From assembly GCA_003707115.1 (NCBI GenBank), contig PPNB01000005.1, forward strand, positions 310,001 through 374,000: a DNA stretch of 64,000 nucleotides, given 5' to 3'. The position numbers and the translations under genes are program-made. The notes below the pieces were generated by a model. The model was given only the letters and a program-made list of their open reading frames with translations, had not been told where the DNA came from and did not search any database. Positions 1 to 10,943 of the stretch are shown in pieces (the first letter of the stretch is position 1; every line of letters starts with the position of its first letter). Source of the DNA: Tortispora ganteri (lineage: Eukaryota).

Positions 1-1986
1 CACACCACTAGATAGACCTACATGCAGGAACAAATTAGCATAACTGTCAGCGGGTTTGCCTAGTGGACCAATGTGCAATGACGACGCAGGTGCAGACAGA
101 CCTTGCATAGTCAACGTGTCAAACATATCCTCCGGTTTTAAAGAGACGATCCTGAGAGTAGAATCGTCACATGCAACACAGAGAAGACTTGACTTGGCGG
201 TTGCAGAAAGAGAAAGTGCAGTGATACCAGAACCAAATTTCTTACTTTCTGTATACTCTATTAACAGTCCATTCGAGTCGATTTCGAAATACTTAATATC
301 CCTGTTTGATAGAGCGAGCACTAGCTGACGTGAATTGGCTACTGCCCGAGTCACATATACGTTATGCTGCGGTTTCCATTCGTCTATATGACTGTTTGTG
401 CCACGAATATGCCGAAACCCACCTTCGTGTACTTGAACAAGTCCTACTAAGCCCATCTGCTGGACGAGAATGGTAGAGGCATGCAAAATTAGACCAGAAT
501 CCTTTATCTCCTCGACAGTCTCGCCTACTTCCAGAATGAGCGTAGCGTCTGAGAACGATATCACAATATATTTGTCAAATTCGTCTGTAGAAGATAGTTT
601 TGTAGTCCACAAATTTATGGGTCTTCCGGGTAAAGGCGTTCGTACAATCTCCATTACTTCTAGACCGTTGTGGATACTGGCAATAGCCGACTCTGCGCCA
701 CGGCCAGAGGCAAGGTGTATTTTCATAGAAGATTTCAGTGTAGGCTCGTCAACATATGCAGATGTAACATAATGAAGAGCGGGTATCTCGTATAAAAGCT
801 CTAAGTTTTGCGGGTCTTCGGGTGTAAACTGCGGTGGGGGAGAGCCTGGATGCCATTCTGATGAAACGACAGAAAAAGCGTTATCATTGTCATCATCGCC
901 GAGCTTTTCAAATCTATAGTATTTGTGGTTGCCTGAGTCAGCAGTAAGGAACAGCGTACCGGATTTCAAGATGTTCAGACATACGGCGATCGGCAAAGTG
1001 GCAAAGTATTTCAGCTTAATATTAATAACAATGCTGTCTTCGACTTCAAATGTGATTTTAAACAAATCGCCGGTACTAGACTGGACAAGCACAAAGAAAC
1101 CGTTCTTTAGCTTGTGCACAACACCACATGTCAAATGCAGTGGCTGAGTCCCGGTGGCGTTAGACCGCGGAATAGGGATCTGTACGGGGCGTGCAGACAG
1201 ATTATGATACATTATGTAGTCAGTATAACCAATAAGCACTCCAGACGGGCCGTCTTTGCCGCCAGGTATTGGCAGCAAAAAGGCAGAATCTCGAGGTACG
1301 GGAACCGATAGTCGCTTTACGACGACGTTTGAACTAAGGTCGAGCTCATAGTAGACAAGTAGCTTTTCTGTCTTTGAATACGTTGTCGGGGATGTATTGA
1401 AGTCGCATTCAGCGTAGTCTACCTCGAGAGCAGCGAACAACGGGTTGTCGTAACCGACGTCCAGTGCTTCGAGCGCAAAAACGAGTCGACGGGCGGTATG
1501 CGATTCGAGTGGCGACGAGACGACAATCTTGCTGTTAGTGTCAATGTTCAGTACATATGAAAGCTTATATTTCTCGATGCTGGCAATCATTGCGGCTCGG
1601 CCCTTGGGGTCGACGGCAAGGTACTCTCCGGGCACCGATCTGCGGATGCCAGACTTGCCATAAGGCTCACAGACAGTCGGTTGAAACTGATTCATTTTGG
1701 AGTTGTAAATAAGTACAGTAAACATACCAGAGTCAGAAGTGACAATTAGCGCGTCTTTAGATGTACCCGGGACACGTACTGCGCGAACCATTCTAATACT
1801 GCAAAACAGGTTTTGATTTAGTACGGGTTGCAGAGCGCCAGATTCAAAATCAGGCCTGTACATGCGTAGCCAGGACCCACACGCCATGACTATATCCTGA
1901 CGCTTTTCACCAAAAAAAATACCGACCACAGACATGTTCGCAGCCTGAGGCGGTAGAAGCGTAAGCGAGTACAGGAAGACAGACAT
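1..1986 (-). CDS. RSE1: Pre-mRNA splicing factor Rse1/SF3B3 (5' part; runs off window start)
   Basis: Manual translation from ATG at 1986: MSVFLYSLTLLPPQAANMSVVGIFFGEKRQDIV...DALIVTSDSG...YGKSGIRRSVPGEYLAVDPKGRAAMIASIEKYK, the characteristic SF3B3 N-terminus. Not in the ORF track, presumably because the frame leaves the window. Confidence 0.93.
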   Translation of the reverse strand, partial: MSVFLYSLTLLPPQAANMSVVGIFFGEKRQDIVMACGSWLRMYRPDFESGALQPVLNQNLFCSIRMVRAVRVPGTSKDALIVTSDSGMFTVLIYNSKMNQFQPTVCEPYGKSGIRRSVPGEYLAVDPKGRAAMIASIEKYKLSYVLNIDTNSKIVVSSPLESHTARRLVFALEALDVGYDNPLFAALEVDYAECDFNTSPTTYSKTEKLLVYYELDLSSNVVVKRLSVPVPRDSAFLLPIPGGKDGPSGVLIGYTDYIMYHNLSARPVQIPIPRSNATGTQPLHLTCGVVHKLKNGFFVLVQSSTGDLFKITFEVEDSIVINIKLKYFATLPIAVCLNILKSGTLFLTADSGNHKYYRFEKLGDDDNDNAFSVVSSEWHPGSPPPQFTPEDPQNLELLYEIPALHYVTSAYVDEPTLKSSMKIHLASGRGAESAIASIHNGLEVMEIVRTPLPGRPINLWTTKLSSTDEFDKYIVISFSDATLILEVGETVEEIKDSGLILHASTILVQQMGLVGLVQVHEGGFRHIRGTNSHIDEWKPQHNVYVTRAVANSRQLVLALSNRDIKYFEIDSNGLLIEYTESKKFGSGITALSLSATAKSSLLCVACDDSTLRIVSLKPEDMFDTLTMQGLSAPASSLHIGPLGKPADSYANLFLHVGLSSGV

Positions 1987-2494
1987 AAAGCAGTGGTCGA
2001 GAAAGGACGATAGGTATAATGTGTATGTATGCTGCGGTGTAGGTTACCCGGCTGTTGTATGTTGGTACAGCATAAAAAGATTTACCAGTACAAAAGATTC
2101 TAACTTCAAGATATTTATTTATCGTGCGGAAGCCTGGATATCGTGTTACTGGCATAAACTGCATTCCAGCAGTATGGCAGAGTCAAATCCTAAAGGCGAG
2201 ATTAAAAGGTTTTTCTTAGTGCCCATTTAGTCGGCTGCGATTTGCGTTTTTACGCTGTCGTTTTTGTAGTCTTCTGAAGGGCCGGGGAACCCGACATACT
2301 TATACACCGTTCGATCGTTTTTATGTAGTAATAACAAAAACCAATGTAGATTCCTACAATTTATCAATGTTTAATTTTCAGTTGAATGTTATATCTGTCA
2401 ATCTGCAGCTACAATAATGTTTACCTGCTAGATAACATCAGCTCCCAAAACTAGTCAAACACCTGCCATCCCCGCACACTTTCTTCGACATCAA

Positions 2495-3226
2495 ATGACT
2501 TTGACCACAATATATGTAGCGAGACATGGATTCAGGTCGAACTGGGATCCAGAAGTCGCTGTACCGCCACCACCACCTACAGGCATTACTGGAGACCCAA
2601 GTCTGTCGAATCATGGACGCGAACAAGCCGAAGAACTGGCACAGTTTGTAGCATCACTAAAGCCTCCTGTTCAGGCCATTGTATCATCACCATTCTATCG
2701 TTGTGTGGAGACCGCACGACCCTTGGCGCTTGCTACAGGTCTGCCAGTGTATCTCGACAATGGAGTCGCTGAATGGTACAGTCGCTCGCGTCTAACACAC
2801 CCACGTCCTGCGTTGCCAGATGTACTCCAGCAGTTCTTCCCCGATATCGTTATAGCTAAGGATTACGAACCGACTGTCGTGCCATCTACTGAAGGTGAAA
2901 CATACCAGGAACTTGAACAACGCTGCACAAATGCTATAAATCAATTGATCGATCGATTCAGTGACCGTGAGGCTATCCTTATATACACACATGCAGCTAC
3001 GAAAATCGTTATTGGAAGGGCACTACTCAATGACCCTAGCTTCACGGTACGCGCAGGCACCTGTAGCATCGATAAGTACACTCTCGATGGCAACCAATGG
3101 ACTCTAGAATGGAATGGATTGACATCTTTTCTCTCAATGGGTGAAGAACGCCACTGGGATTTCGAGCAGGGAGATTATGATCTACTCGATGCTCCTGCTC
3201 AGCCAAAGTACACGCCTCCTAAGTGA
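2495..3226 (+). CDS. TFC7: Histidine phosphatase / phosphoglycerate-mutase-like protein (tau55/Tfc7 N-domain family)
   Basis: IYVARHGFRSNW (RHG motif), SSPFYRCVET, THAATKI. Confidence 0.8.
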   Translation: MTLTTIYVARHGFRSNWDPEVAVPPPPPTGITGDPSLSNHGREQAEELAQFVASLKPPVQAIVSSPFYRCVETARPLALATGLPVYLDNGVAEWYSRSRLTHPRPALPDVLQQFFPDIVIAKDYEPTVVPSTEGETYQELEQRCTNAINQLIDRFSDREAILIYTHAATKIVIGRALLNDPSFTVRAGTCSIDKYTLDGNQWTLEWNGLTSFLSMGEERHWDFEQGDYDLLDAPAQPKYTPPK

Positions 3227-3312
3227 CACCCCCCAAAAGGTCCCCACTTACAACCACCACCACCAATGCAAAACTCTGATCCTCCCACTTCCTCTGCTCG
3301 CACTACCTAACT

Positions 3313-5400
3313 ATGACCGACATCTCTCTAGAAAATCTCGCTATAGATACAATCATTGACGAAAATGTTGCTCAGTATTTTAAAGATAATATCGAATCTA
3401 TAAAGCTCAACAGGTATCGTGGCGTTCCCAAACTTATACAGGCAATCAAGGCGTTGCCAGCGCTGAAAGATGCCCATCCTAAGAAGATAAAGGATACTGT
3501 CGACAAATATGTTCTGGAAACTCTCGGACCAAAAGACGAGCGTGATCTTACTAAACAACCGAAACAAAAACCAGAGAAAACTCCTGCAAAACAGAGTATA
3601 GCTAACGAACCCGCAAGTGTCAGTTCTATCTTTACTAAGGGCTTTCTGGGCGCTCTTCACAAGCCAGGCGAAAACCCACAGATCAACGACGAGCTCCGAA
3701 AGGAACATCTTGCTGCTACTGGTGGCAAAGTGTTTACCCGATTTCCCCCCGAACCTAACGGATACCTGCACATTGGTCATGCCAAAGCCATCCTAATCAA
3801 TTTTGGTTATGCTAAGTTTCACGACGGCCACTGCTACTTGCGGTTCGATGACACTAATCCCGAGGCCGAAAAGGAAGAGTTCTTCACTTCTATCAAGGAT
3901 CTAGTCTCCTGGCTCGGATTCCAGCCTTACAAAGTTACACATTCTAGCGATTACTTTGATGAACTGTACGCTCTTGCCGAGAAACTGATCTTGAAGGATG
4001 GTGCTTATGTCTGCTCTTGTACCGCGGAACAGATTCTACTCAATCGTGGTGGTCCTGACCACAAAGGCCCTCGCGTAGCCTGTAAGTGTCGATCGACTTC
4101 TATTGAGAAGAACTTGGAGGATTTTAGAGGCATGCGCGACGGAAAGTTCGCTAAGGGCTCCGTCACTCTTCGCATGAAACAGAACCTTGAAGATCCTAAC
4201 CCACAGATGTGGGATCTGGTCGCGTACCGTATCCTGGACGCTCCTCATCATCTTACTGGCGAGAAATGGAGAATATATCCTACTTATGACTTTACTCACT
4301 GTTTGTGCGATAGCTTTGAGAATATTACCCACTCTCTCTGCACTACTGAGTTTCAACTGTCGCGACAATCGTACGAGTGGTTATGTGATGCAGTTGAAAT
4401 ATACAAACCAGCACAGCGCGAATACGGCCGTTTAAACCTCACCGGAACCGTCCTTTCAAAGAGGAAAATTGCCAAACTGGTCCATACCGGTACGGTTCGT
4501 GGATGGGATGACCCGCGTCTTTACACGCTAGTGGCTATTCGTCGTCGTGGTGTTCCTCCAGGTGCTATATTGTCATTTGTTGCTGAACTCGGTGTGACAA
4601 CTGCAGTAACTTCTATTCAAGAGATTCGGTTTGAAGCTTCTGTGCGTAGATACCTTGAGAATACTGTTCCGCGTCTCAGCATGATTCTCGATCCGGTGCT
4701 AATGATTATCGATAATCTTCCTGATGATTATTGTGAGGAGCTGTCTATTCCTTTCAAACCAGGTACGCCTGAAATGGGCGAGCACAGGTTGGTCTTTACT
4801 AACAAAGTCTACATTGACAGATCTGATTTCCGAGAAGAGGATTCTCCAGACTACTTCAGGTTTGCTCCTGGAAAGTCTGTAGGCCTGCTCAAGGTGCCGT
4901 TTAATGTCCGTGTTACTTCGTTCAATAAGGATTCGGAAACTGGCCTTGTTACTGAAATTCATGCCCATTACGAGAACGATGTCCCGTATAAGAAGCCGAA
5001 GACGTACGTGCAGTGGATTGGCGAGAGCGAAAAACACGGATCTCCAGTGAAGGTCGACGAAGTGCGTATATTCAGTCCGTTGTTCAACCATGACAATCCT
5101 GCTACGTTAAAGGAGAACGAATTGCTAGATGCTGTTAACCCGAACTCTGAGCAAGTCATTAAGACTGCTATAATTGACACTGGGTTTCATCATGTGAGGA
5201 AGAACTCACCGTGGCAGTTGCCTGGGGGAGACAGTATAGGCGCAGGCGGACACGAAGAAGGTGCACCGTATGCTGTAAGGTTCCAGGCTATGCGAGTCGG
5301 TTACTTTGCTATGGACACAGAAAGCGACCCTGAGCATGGGAAGATAATCCTTAACCGTATTGTGTCGCTGAAGGAGACAGTTGCGGCCAAGAAAGCTTAG
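3313..5400 (+). CDS. GLN4: Glutaminyl-tRNA synthetase (N-terminal appended domain shortened)
   Basis: TRFPPEPNGYLHIGHAK (HIGH), LRFDDTNP, YPTYDF, VLSKRK, GWDDPRL, LGPKDERD. Confidence 0.97.
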   Translation: MTDISLENLAIDTIIDENVAQYFKDNIESIKLNRYRGVPKLIQAIKALPALKDAHPKKIKDTVDKYVLETLGPKDERDLTKQPKQKPEKTPAKQSIANEPASVSSIFTKGFLGALHKPGENPQINDELRKEHLAATGGKVFTRFPPEPNGYLHIGHAKAILINFGYAKFHDGHCYLRFDDTNPEAEKEEFFTSIKDLVSWLGFQPYKVTHSSDYFDELYALAEKLILKDGAYVCSCTAEQILLNRGGPDHKGPRVACKCRSTSIEKNLEDFRGMRDGKFAKGSVTLRMKQNLEDPNPQMWDLVAYRILDAPHHLTGEKWRIYPTYDFTHCLCDSFENITHSLCTTEFQLSRQSYEWLCDAVEIYKPAQREYGRLNLTGTVLSKRKIAKLVHTGTVRGWDDPRLYTLVAIRRRGVPPGAILSFVAELGVTTAVTSIQEIRFEASVRRYLENTVPRLSMILDPVLMIIDNLPDDYCEELSIPFKPGTPEMGEHRLVFTNKVYIDRSDFREEDSPDYFRFAPGKSVGLLKVPFNVRVTSFNKDSETGLVTEIHAHYENDVPYKKPKTYVQWIGESEKHGSPVKVDEVRIFSPLFNHDNPATLKENELLDAVNPNSEQVIKTAIIDTGFHHVRKNSPWQLPGGDSIGAGGHEEGAPYAVRFQAMRVGYFAMDTESDPEHGKIILNRIVSLKETVAAKKA

Positions 5401-5477
5401 ACATATTACGAATAGTAGATACTGCGAAATAAGGAGGTGTATGAATGTTGATGTTATATGAGGAGTGGATCAAAAGA

Positions 5478-6632
5478 TCACCAAGGAGCCAATCTTGTAC
5501 GACCGGTCTTAGGATCAATAAAATTGTCATTGAGATGCTTAAGAACAACTTGATAAAGGAGAAGCATTACACTTGTTTGAATACTCGTCCACACAAACCG
5601 CGGGGCAATACCTGCGAACAGACCTACTATTCCTTCGGACTTTCCTATCATTATTAGTCCCTTAATGATTGAATTTGTATGCAGCTTTGGACGATTTGCG
5701 AGGCCTGAAACAGATGCCGGGGTGCTTGTATTTACAGATCGTTTGTTTGATGGGTTCGATATCGCTTTTTTGGTGTTGCGAATAACGTGTTCATCTCCGG
5801 ACAGCGGGTGCACAGGCTGCGGGTTCGAATGAAGTTGATGCGATTCTAGCGGTACTCTGACTTCTGTTTGCACCCGTGTTTTGACGACATCAAGCGGAGT
5901 GGTCATAGTTCCCGCAAGTCCACCTGCAGCTGCACCAGTCAGTAGTTCGAGATGCAGCGGCAGAGATTGGTCAGCGGGTACCAATGATGTGGCGTACGCG
6001 TGAAACTTTTCGTAGAACGCAAATTGAAGCGCCGAGAATGGCAAGTCACGAGCTAATGTTGCCTTATACCCGAAGAACAAAGCACTAAATCCCTCTGTGC
6101 GAATTATAGTGGCAGTAGCGTCTATCAGGCCACGGTAATTGTATCCAGAGAAGAAATAGGGGTTATTATGCCTTCCCTGTAGTTGTAATCTAGTTTTCAA
6201 TACTTCTGACGGCACATAGATGACCGAGGAAGCCAAATCACCTATCACACCGGCGGTGAGATGCGCAATAGTCTGAGGACAATTCTTCGCAATGAGGAAC
6301 CGTTTAGACAGCTCATAGAAAGCGAAGAATAGTGTAGTTCCGGGAAACGAACCCAACATAGCCGCTGAGTAGCCACCATATAGGCCTCGTGCTAGACCTT
6401 CCTGGCTCGTAATTGTCGCATATGCGCGAAACATGCCTTGATACCGTAGTTCAGTTGATGCAGCCTGTTGTCGCGTCTTGACAGTGTCAAGAGAGTGCAT
6501 TACTGAGTCGCCTACTGCACCGCCGATCCCGCCAGCCAACATCACATGAAACAATGGCGACCTATGAGTTTCACTCTGATCAGTATCTGGGCCATTTCTC
6601 CACCGTCCAAACAACCAGTCGGTCCAATCCAT
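5478..6632 (-). CDS. MME1: Mitochondrial carrier family protein, Mme1-like
   Basis: Three carrier repeats: HSLDTVKTRQQ, PSEVLKTRLQ, PLDVVKTRVQ; RHNNPYFFSGYNY resembles Mme1. Confidence 0.8.
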   Translation of the reverse strand: MDWTDWLFGRWRNGPDTDQSETHRSPLFHVMLAGGIGGAVGDSVMHSLDTVKTRQQAASTELRYQGMFRAYATITSQEGLARGLYGGYSAAMLGSFPGTTLFFAFYELSKRFLIAKNCPQTIAHLTAGVIGDLASSVIYVPSEVLKTRLQLQGRHNNPYFFSGYNYRGLIDATATIIRTEGFSALFFGYKATLARDLPFSALQFAFYEKFHAYATSLVPADQSLPLHLELLTGAAAGGLAGTMTTPLDVVKTRVQTEVRVPLESHQLHSNPQPVHPLSGDEHVIRNTKKAISNPSNKRSVNTSTPASVSGLANRPKLHTNSIIKGLIMIGKSEGIVGLFAGIAPRFVWTSIQTSVMLLLYQVVLKHLNDNFIDPKTGRTRLAPW

Positions 6633-7092
6633 CTGTCTGTCTATTGCGGGCTGGACGCGGCTAATACGTGAAGGTGGTGATTGGCTAAGATGGTTTGTCG
6701 CTAGCAGGGCTATGTGCGAAGAAACCTATATAGTCGTTGCTCAAAATTTCCCGGTAACGCTATTTACCCTTACCCTGATCAGTTGCTATACAATTTTACT
6801 CATCGAGCGCGGACTGTTTCCTAGATATTTTTCTTGTTTACACCTGAACGGACACATAGAGTGCTATTTGTCAATTTGTTTTTTTCTATTTATTTGCTAG
6901 GATATTAGTGCACAATAATTGACAGTTATTACGACTTTAATGGCTGTTTCAAGAGCACATTGTACTTCAACAACAGACCGCTTGATGGCAGATCAATAAC
7001 CCTTGGTCCTCCCGATAAAAATAGTCTTAGCACCACACGTCTATCGATAAACAAAACCATTCTTGATTTCTTTTAGACGCGTTAATGCAGCG

Positions 7093-7881
7093 ATGAACAG
7101 TGTAAAACTGAGTGCATACAAGAAACCCGAACTCCAGGATTTGGCAGTGAAATTGAACTTGTCTCCTGATGGAAGAAAGCGAGAACTCGAAGAACGTCTG
7201 GCTGAACATCTAGCTGCTAATCAGAGTACGCTGGCTGCTAGTGATGAGTTCGCGTCCTACTACTCCCCCGTCAAGGAGAAGCCAGCGAAACAAGCTGGCA
7301 GTGTTTCACCAAAAAAACAGACTAGACCTAATTCGGTTCCAGTGGCGAAAGAGAAACCAGCTACTACGCGTTCTACTGAGATAGCTGCTGCCTCACAACC
7401 TAAAAAAATTACTTGTTACTCTACTGCCGTTAAACAATTGTCAACTATACCGGGTATTCTTGTTTTATCTGTCATTATTGAATCTTCTGTATTATTGTAT
7501 AATTGTCTTCCATTTATCGAAACAGCTCTGTCGTCCAACCCAGGGTTCTTCTCGCGAATCCTTGTGCCTGATCTATACGAAATCGCGTCCGCTCTTTTCT
7601 GGTATCCCATTGTCTCGCATATCATTTATCTAGTGATAGTTCCTCTTGCACTCGGATCTGTTTTCAATTTTAACTCGGCCAAAACACAATCGTCTTGTGT
7701 GGTGGACCCTCTGGCATTCGTACTCAGCCGACTCGCAATCTATCAGTTCGTCTTTTATGAACACCTCTTAAACGGATACATCTTCAATTACGTTGGAATC
7801 GTAACTGCTTCACTTGGTCCATTACCGTTCTATTTGTCATCGGCTCAATTGCTCATAATCGTTTATGTTGCTGCGTTGTGA
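7093..7881 (+). CDS. SAP-like N-terminal domain plus C-terminal TM helices (fungal Gtt3-like family, tentative)
   Basis: KKPELQDLAVKLNLSPDGRKRELEERL is SAP-like; hydrophobic C-terminal segments with VDPLAF; first ATG at 7093. Confidence 0.6.
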   Translation: MNSVKLSAYKKPELQDLAVKLNLSPDGRKRELEERLAEHLAANQSTLAASDEFASYYSPVKEKPAKQAGSVSPKKQTRPNSVPVAKEKPATTRSTEIAAASQPKKITCYSTAVKQLSTIPGILVLSVIIESSVLLYNCLPFIETALSSNPGFFSRILVPDLYEIASALFWYPIVSHIIYLVIVPLALGSVFNFNSAKTQSSCVVDPLAFVLSRLAIYQFVFYEHLLNGYIFNYVGIVTASLGPLPFYLSSAQLLIIVYVAAL

Positions 7882-9692
7882 CTAGATTCCGTTTCCACTT
7901 CAGTCGACTGTCCTTGCATCATCCCGTACGCGCTCGTCAGCTGTTCGAAGTGCTTCTTCTCTTGCTCCGCTAAACTTCCTTTAGTGTCTTTAATCACAGT
8001 AAGAACAAATAGATAATTATTGTACAGAAACCGCTCTTGTCGCGTACCACTCTCTTTCTTGCCCGGCGTCACGTGTTTTGACAGTTTCGTCAGATAACTC
8101 TCAAAATCAGATCTAATTCTGTTCAAAGAGCTCGCAATCGGTTCAAACTCAGCATCATTGCCGCATAATGACAACAGTCCTTCTAACATATACGAGAATC
8201 GCTGAGTAACTTGTGTAGGCGCACCGGCTTTTAAGAGATCACCGTATTTGCCGGCGTTAAGTCGTGATGCATGTTTAGTTAGACTTTCTCTATGTGTGTC
8301 AAGAATTTGCTGGAATTTAGGCCACAGTATCATAAACTGATTGTTAAAGTACCCATCCATTGCCGGTATACATCGATGCTGAGTCTCAAACTCGAATTGC
8401 TGGATCAGCCGAATGCAAATCAGCACTCCGTATATATCAATTGTAGGTGAAGGTTCAGATAGTAATTTGAGCGTATAATTGTTCCCACTATTAAAACACG
8501 GTTCGAATATATCCTGCACCATTTTGCTCCATTTCCGGCCTTTGATATCACTGAAGAACTCGCTGACGAACTGGTACTCGAGGGACACATTGTCCATAAG
8601 TGCGATATTGAATGACCGAAACCCAGACTCCATCCAGTACCAAGAAGGGTTATTTTCTGCAATAGCTATAGGTATCACTGTGGGATCTGACGAGTTGATG
8701 ATTGATTTTCGCGCACCCAGTACTAGCGGGTCCATAGTGTTGTTCCCACCGTTCACCATTTCGGTTACAGATAGTGTAGCGCTGTCGCTGATTGAGCTAG
8801 AGGTCAGTAAATCAAGTGCTCTTCTTGTTCCAGAATCCTCAGAGCCTAGAAGTGCACATTTTGTCAAAGTTTTCATCTGGAGTTTGCACAGGGCTTTGAT
8901 GTATCGATCGAAATGGGCATGGTAGTACCATCGCATAGTGTAGAGGTACGCCTGTAGAAGTTCATTTGCAAGGGTAGGATTTTTCTTATATATGAACGAA
9001 AAGACGTCTCTGTATTCCAAGAACCGCGAGAATTGTATATGCTGAGCGTCGACACCTGGTTTGCGCAGGGATCGAATCTGGGCTATCATGTAGTTGCGTG
9101 ACTTTTCGAGTGCCTTGCTGGAGACCAGCTCGAGTATATCCTTTAATTCTGTAAAAGCTTTTGAGTCTTTTAATAGTGGTCGGGACTCGGTGGCGAGTGC
9201 AGTTTGAGCGCGTTCCAGCAGTTGAAGGGAGCTCACAAACCGTATGTCAACGTCGCCAGCACAGAGACTCTGGACAGTTGCGGGAGACAAGTATACGTCA
9301 CTTATAATATCCTTTAATGTTGCATCAATTTCAGTGCGTAGTTTAAGACGCTGATCCAACACGTGTGACCGCGATTCGAGTACTTCGACGCCATTCGAGA
9401 GTTCTCGCAGATTGCTGGCGAAGTGCGCCAGGATATCTCGTATTTCCGCTACTGCGTCACGCCCAGACAGCGCCACAGTGCGCAATTCATCCAGAGAATT
9501 CTTATAGAGCGTAGGATCATCAATAGACACCGCTTCATGACCATTTACTGGTTTACGTGATCGTGCGTCTAGTGCACGAGCCAGATTGAGCATCAGCGCG
9601 TGTTTGTCTGTGTCAACGCTATCCACAGCACCATCATCGCCAAGAATTTCAAGTACCTTCGCAACAGCACTGCCGGGATCAGCAGATACCAT
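7863..9692 (-). CDS. VPS52: GARP complex subunit Vps52
   Basis: QAYLYTMRWYY, FRSFNIALMDN, ILWPKFQ, FLYNNY; N-terminal coiled coil. Confidence 0.88.
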   Translation of the reverse strand: MVSADPGSAVAKVLEILGDDGAVDSVDTDKHALMLNLARALDARSRKPVNGHEAVSIDDPTLYKNSLDELRTVALSGRDAVAEIRDILAHFASNLRELSNGVEVLESRSHVLDQRLKLRTEIDATLKDIISDVYLSPATVQSLCAGDVDIRFVSSLQLLERAQTALATESRPLLKDSKAFTELKDILELVSSKALEKSRNYMIAQIRSLRKPGVDAQHIQFSRFLEYRDVFSFIYKKNPTLANELLQAYLYTMRWYYHAHFDRYIKALCKLQMKTLTKCALLGSEDSGTRRALDLLTSSSISDSATLSVTEMVNGGNNTMDPLVLGARKSIINSSDPTVIPIAIAENNPSWYWMESGFRSFNIALMDNVSLEYQFVSEFFSDIKGRKWSKMVQDIFEPCFNSGNNYTLKLLSEPSPTIDIYGVLICIRLIQQFEFETQHRCIPAMDGYFNNQFMILWPKFQQILDTHRESLTKHASRLNAGKYGDLLKAGAPTQVTQRFSYMLEGLLSLCGNDAEFEPIASSLNRIRSDFESYLTKLSKHVTPGKKESGTRQERFLYNNYLFVLTVIKDTKGSLAEQEKKHFEQLTSAYGMMQGQSTEVETESSHNAAT

Positions 9693-10031
9693 TATTGCGG
9701 CACTCTTAGTTTTAATACTATATATATACAGGCTGCTCCAGCACGATTAGGAGCTTGAATACAGGTCAGAATCCAGCCGCAGGGTCAATACGTTGCTATG
9801 ACGACAAAAGATTACTGACAGATTTATGAGGGTTCAACGTATTAGACCGGCGTATTGCTGCATTGATGCAGCAATAAAAACCTCAAAATGATCTGCCAGA
9901 TTATTATTTATTTCTTTTAGATGTTTAAAATATCTCTTAAAACCGCCTATGGGCGATAGTGACGGAGCTCTACGCCGTTTCAAGAACGTTAGGGCAAGAT
10001 CAAAAAACCAGTCCCAAATTTTAAATTTAGA

Positions 10032-10068
10032 GTAATCTTTATACTAGTTGTGTAATCTTTATACTAGT
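10032..10068. repeat. Direct repeat GTAATCTTTATACTAGT x2 (period 20) upstream of eIF5A
   Basis: Two exact 17-bp copies at 10032 and 10052. Confidence 0.85.
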
Positions 10069-10204
10069 AGTTGCAAGAAATTTTGCTGCTAAGATCTATT
10101 CACCTCTTGCCTTTGTCTCCTATTTGAAGTTCTTTTGGTGTAACTTCAAACTACACAGGAAATAGAAAGAAAACTCATAAGTAGACGTTTGAAATCGAGA
10201 AAAA

Positions 10205-10746
10205 ATGGCCGACGAAGATGTAAGTAAAAATATATTTAGAGGGTGGTGAGTTCCTCATTTGACTAAATATATATACTAACAATGTTCTAGCATACTTTTG
10301 AGTCCGCTAATGCTGGTACTTCTACCACCTACCCTATGCAGTGCTCTGCTCTTCGCAAGAACGGTCACGTAGTCATTAAGAACCGTCCTTGCAAGATTGT
10401 CGACATGTCTACATCTAAGACTGGTAAGCACGGTCACGCCAAGGTCCATCTTGTTGCCATTGATATTTTCACTGGCAAGAAGCTCGAAGATCTTTGCCCT
10501 TCGACCCATAACATGGACGTCCCTAATGTCACACGTAACGAGTATCTTCTTGTCAACATCGATGACGGTTACCTCAACCTCATGACCAGCGATGGAGATA
10601 CTAAGGACGATGTCAAGGTTCCTGAGGGCGAACTTGGCGAGAGACTCCAAGCTGAGTTCGATGAAGGTAAGGAGCTTAATGTCACCATCATCTCCGCTAT
10701 GGGTGAGGAGGCCGCCATTTCTTTCAAGGAAGCTCCTCAATCTTAA
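10205..10746 (+). CDS. HYP2: Translation factor eIF5A; join(10205..10219,10291..10746), 156 aa
   Basis: [14 protein letters not shown]...[12 protein letters not shown] (hypusine site); intron 10220..10290 GTAAGT...TACTAAC...TAG. Confidence 0.97.
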
Positions 10747-10943
10747 ACTTTTTTTTGACTTTGCTTGTCCCGTACGCCACCCTCTTTTCTTTTTTTTTTT
10801 GTTGTTGCTAAGAAATGTTCTAGCGAATATTACCTAGCCTGTTCGAACTATGTATAATAATTCTCTTCGATCGACCCCATTAACCCACCGACCCCACCTG
10901 ACCCAACTAATACACCAATTCACGCTTACACGGACCTTATTCT

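Noticed and set aside
56..1311. Several + strand ORFs of 65-100 aa
   Set aside because: Antisense shadows of RSE1 on the minus strand.
2190..2299. Possible minus-strand leader intron upstream of RSE1 (GTATGT...TTTAG)
   Set aside because: Branch-point candidates (GACTAAA, CACTAAG) are non-consensus and far from the acceptor, and the leader would carry upstream ATGs; unsupported without RNA data.
10276..10740. 154-aa minus-strand ORF
   Set aside because: Antisense to codon-biased eIF5A.
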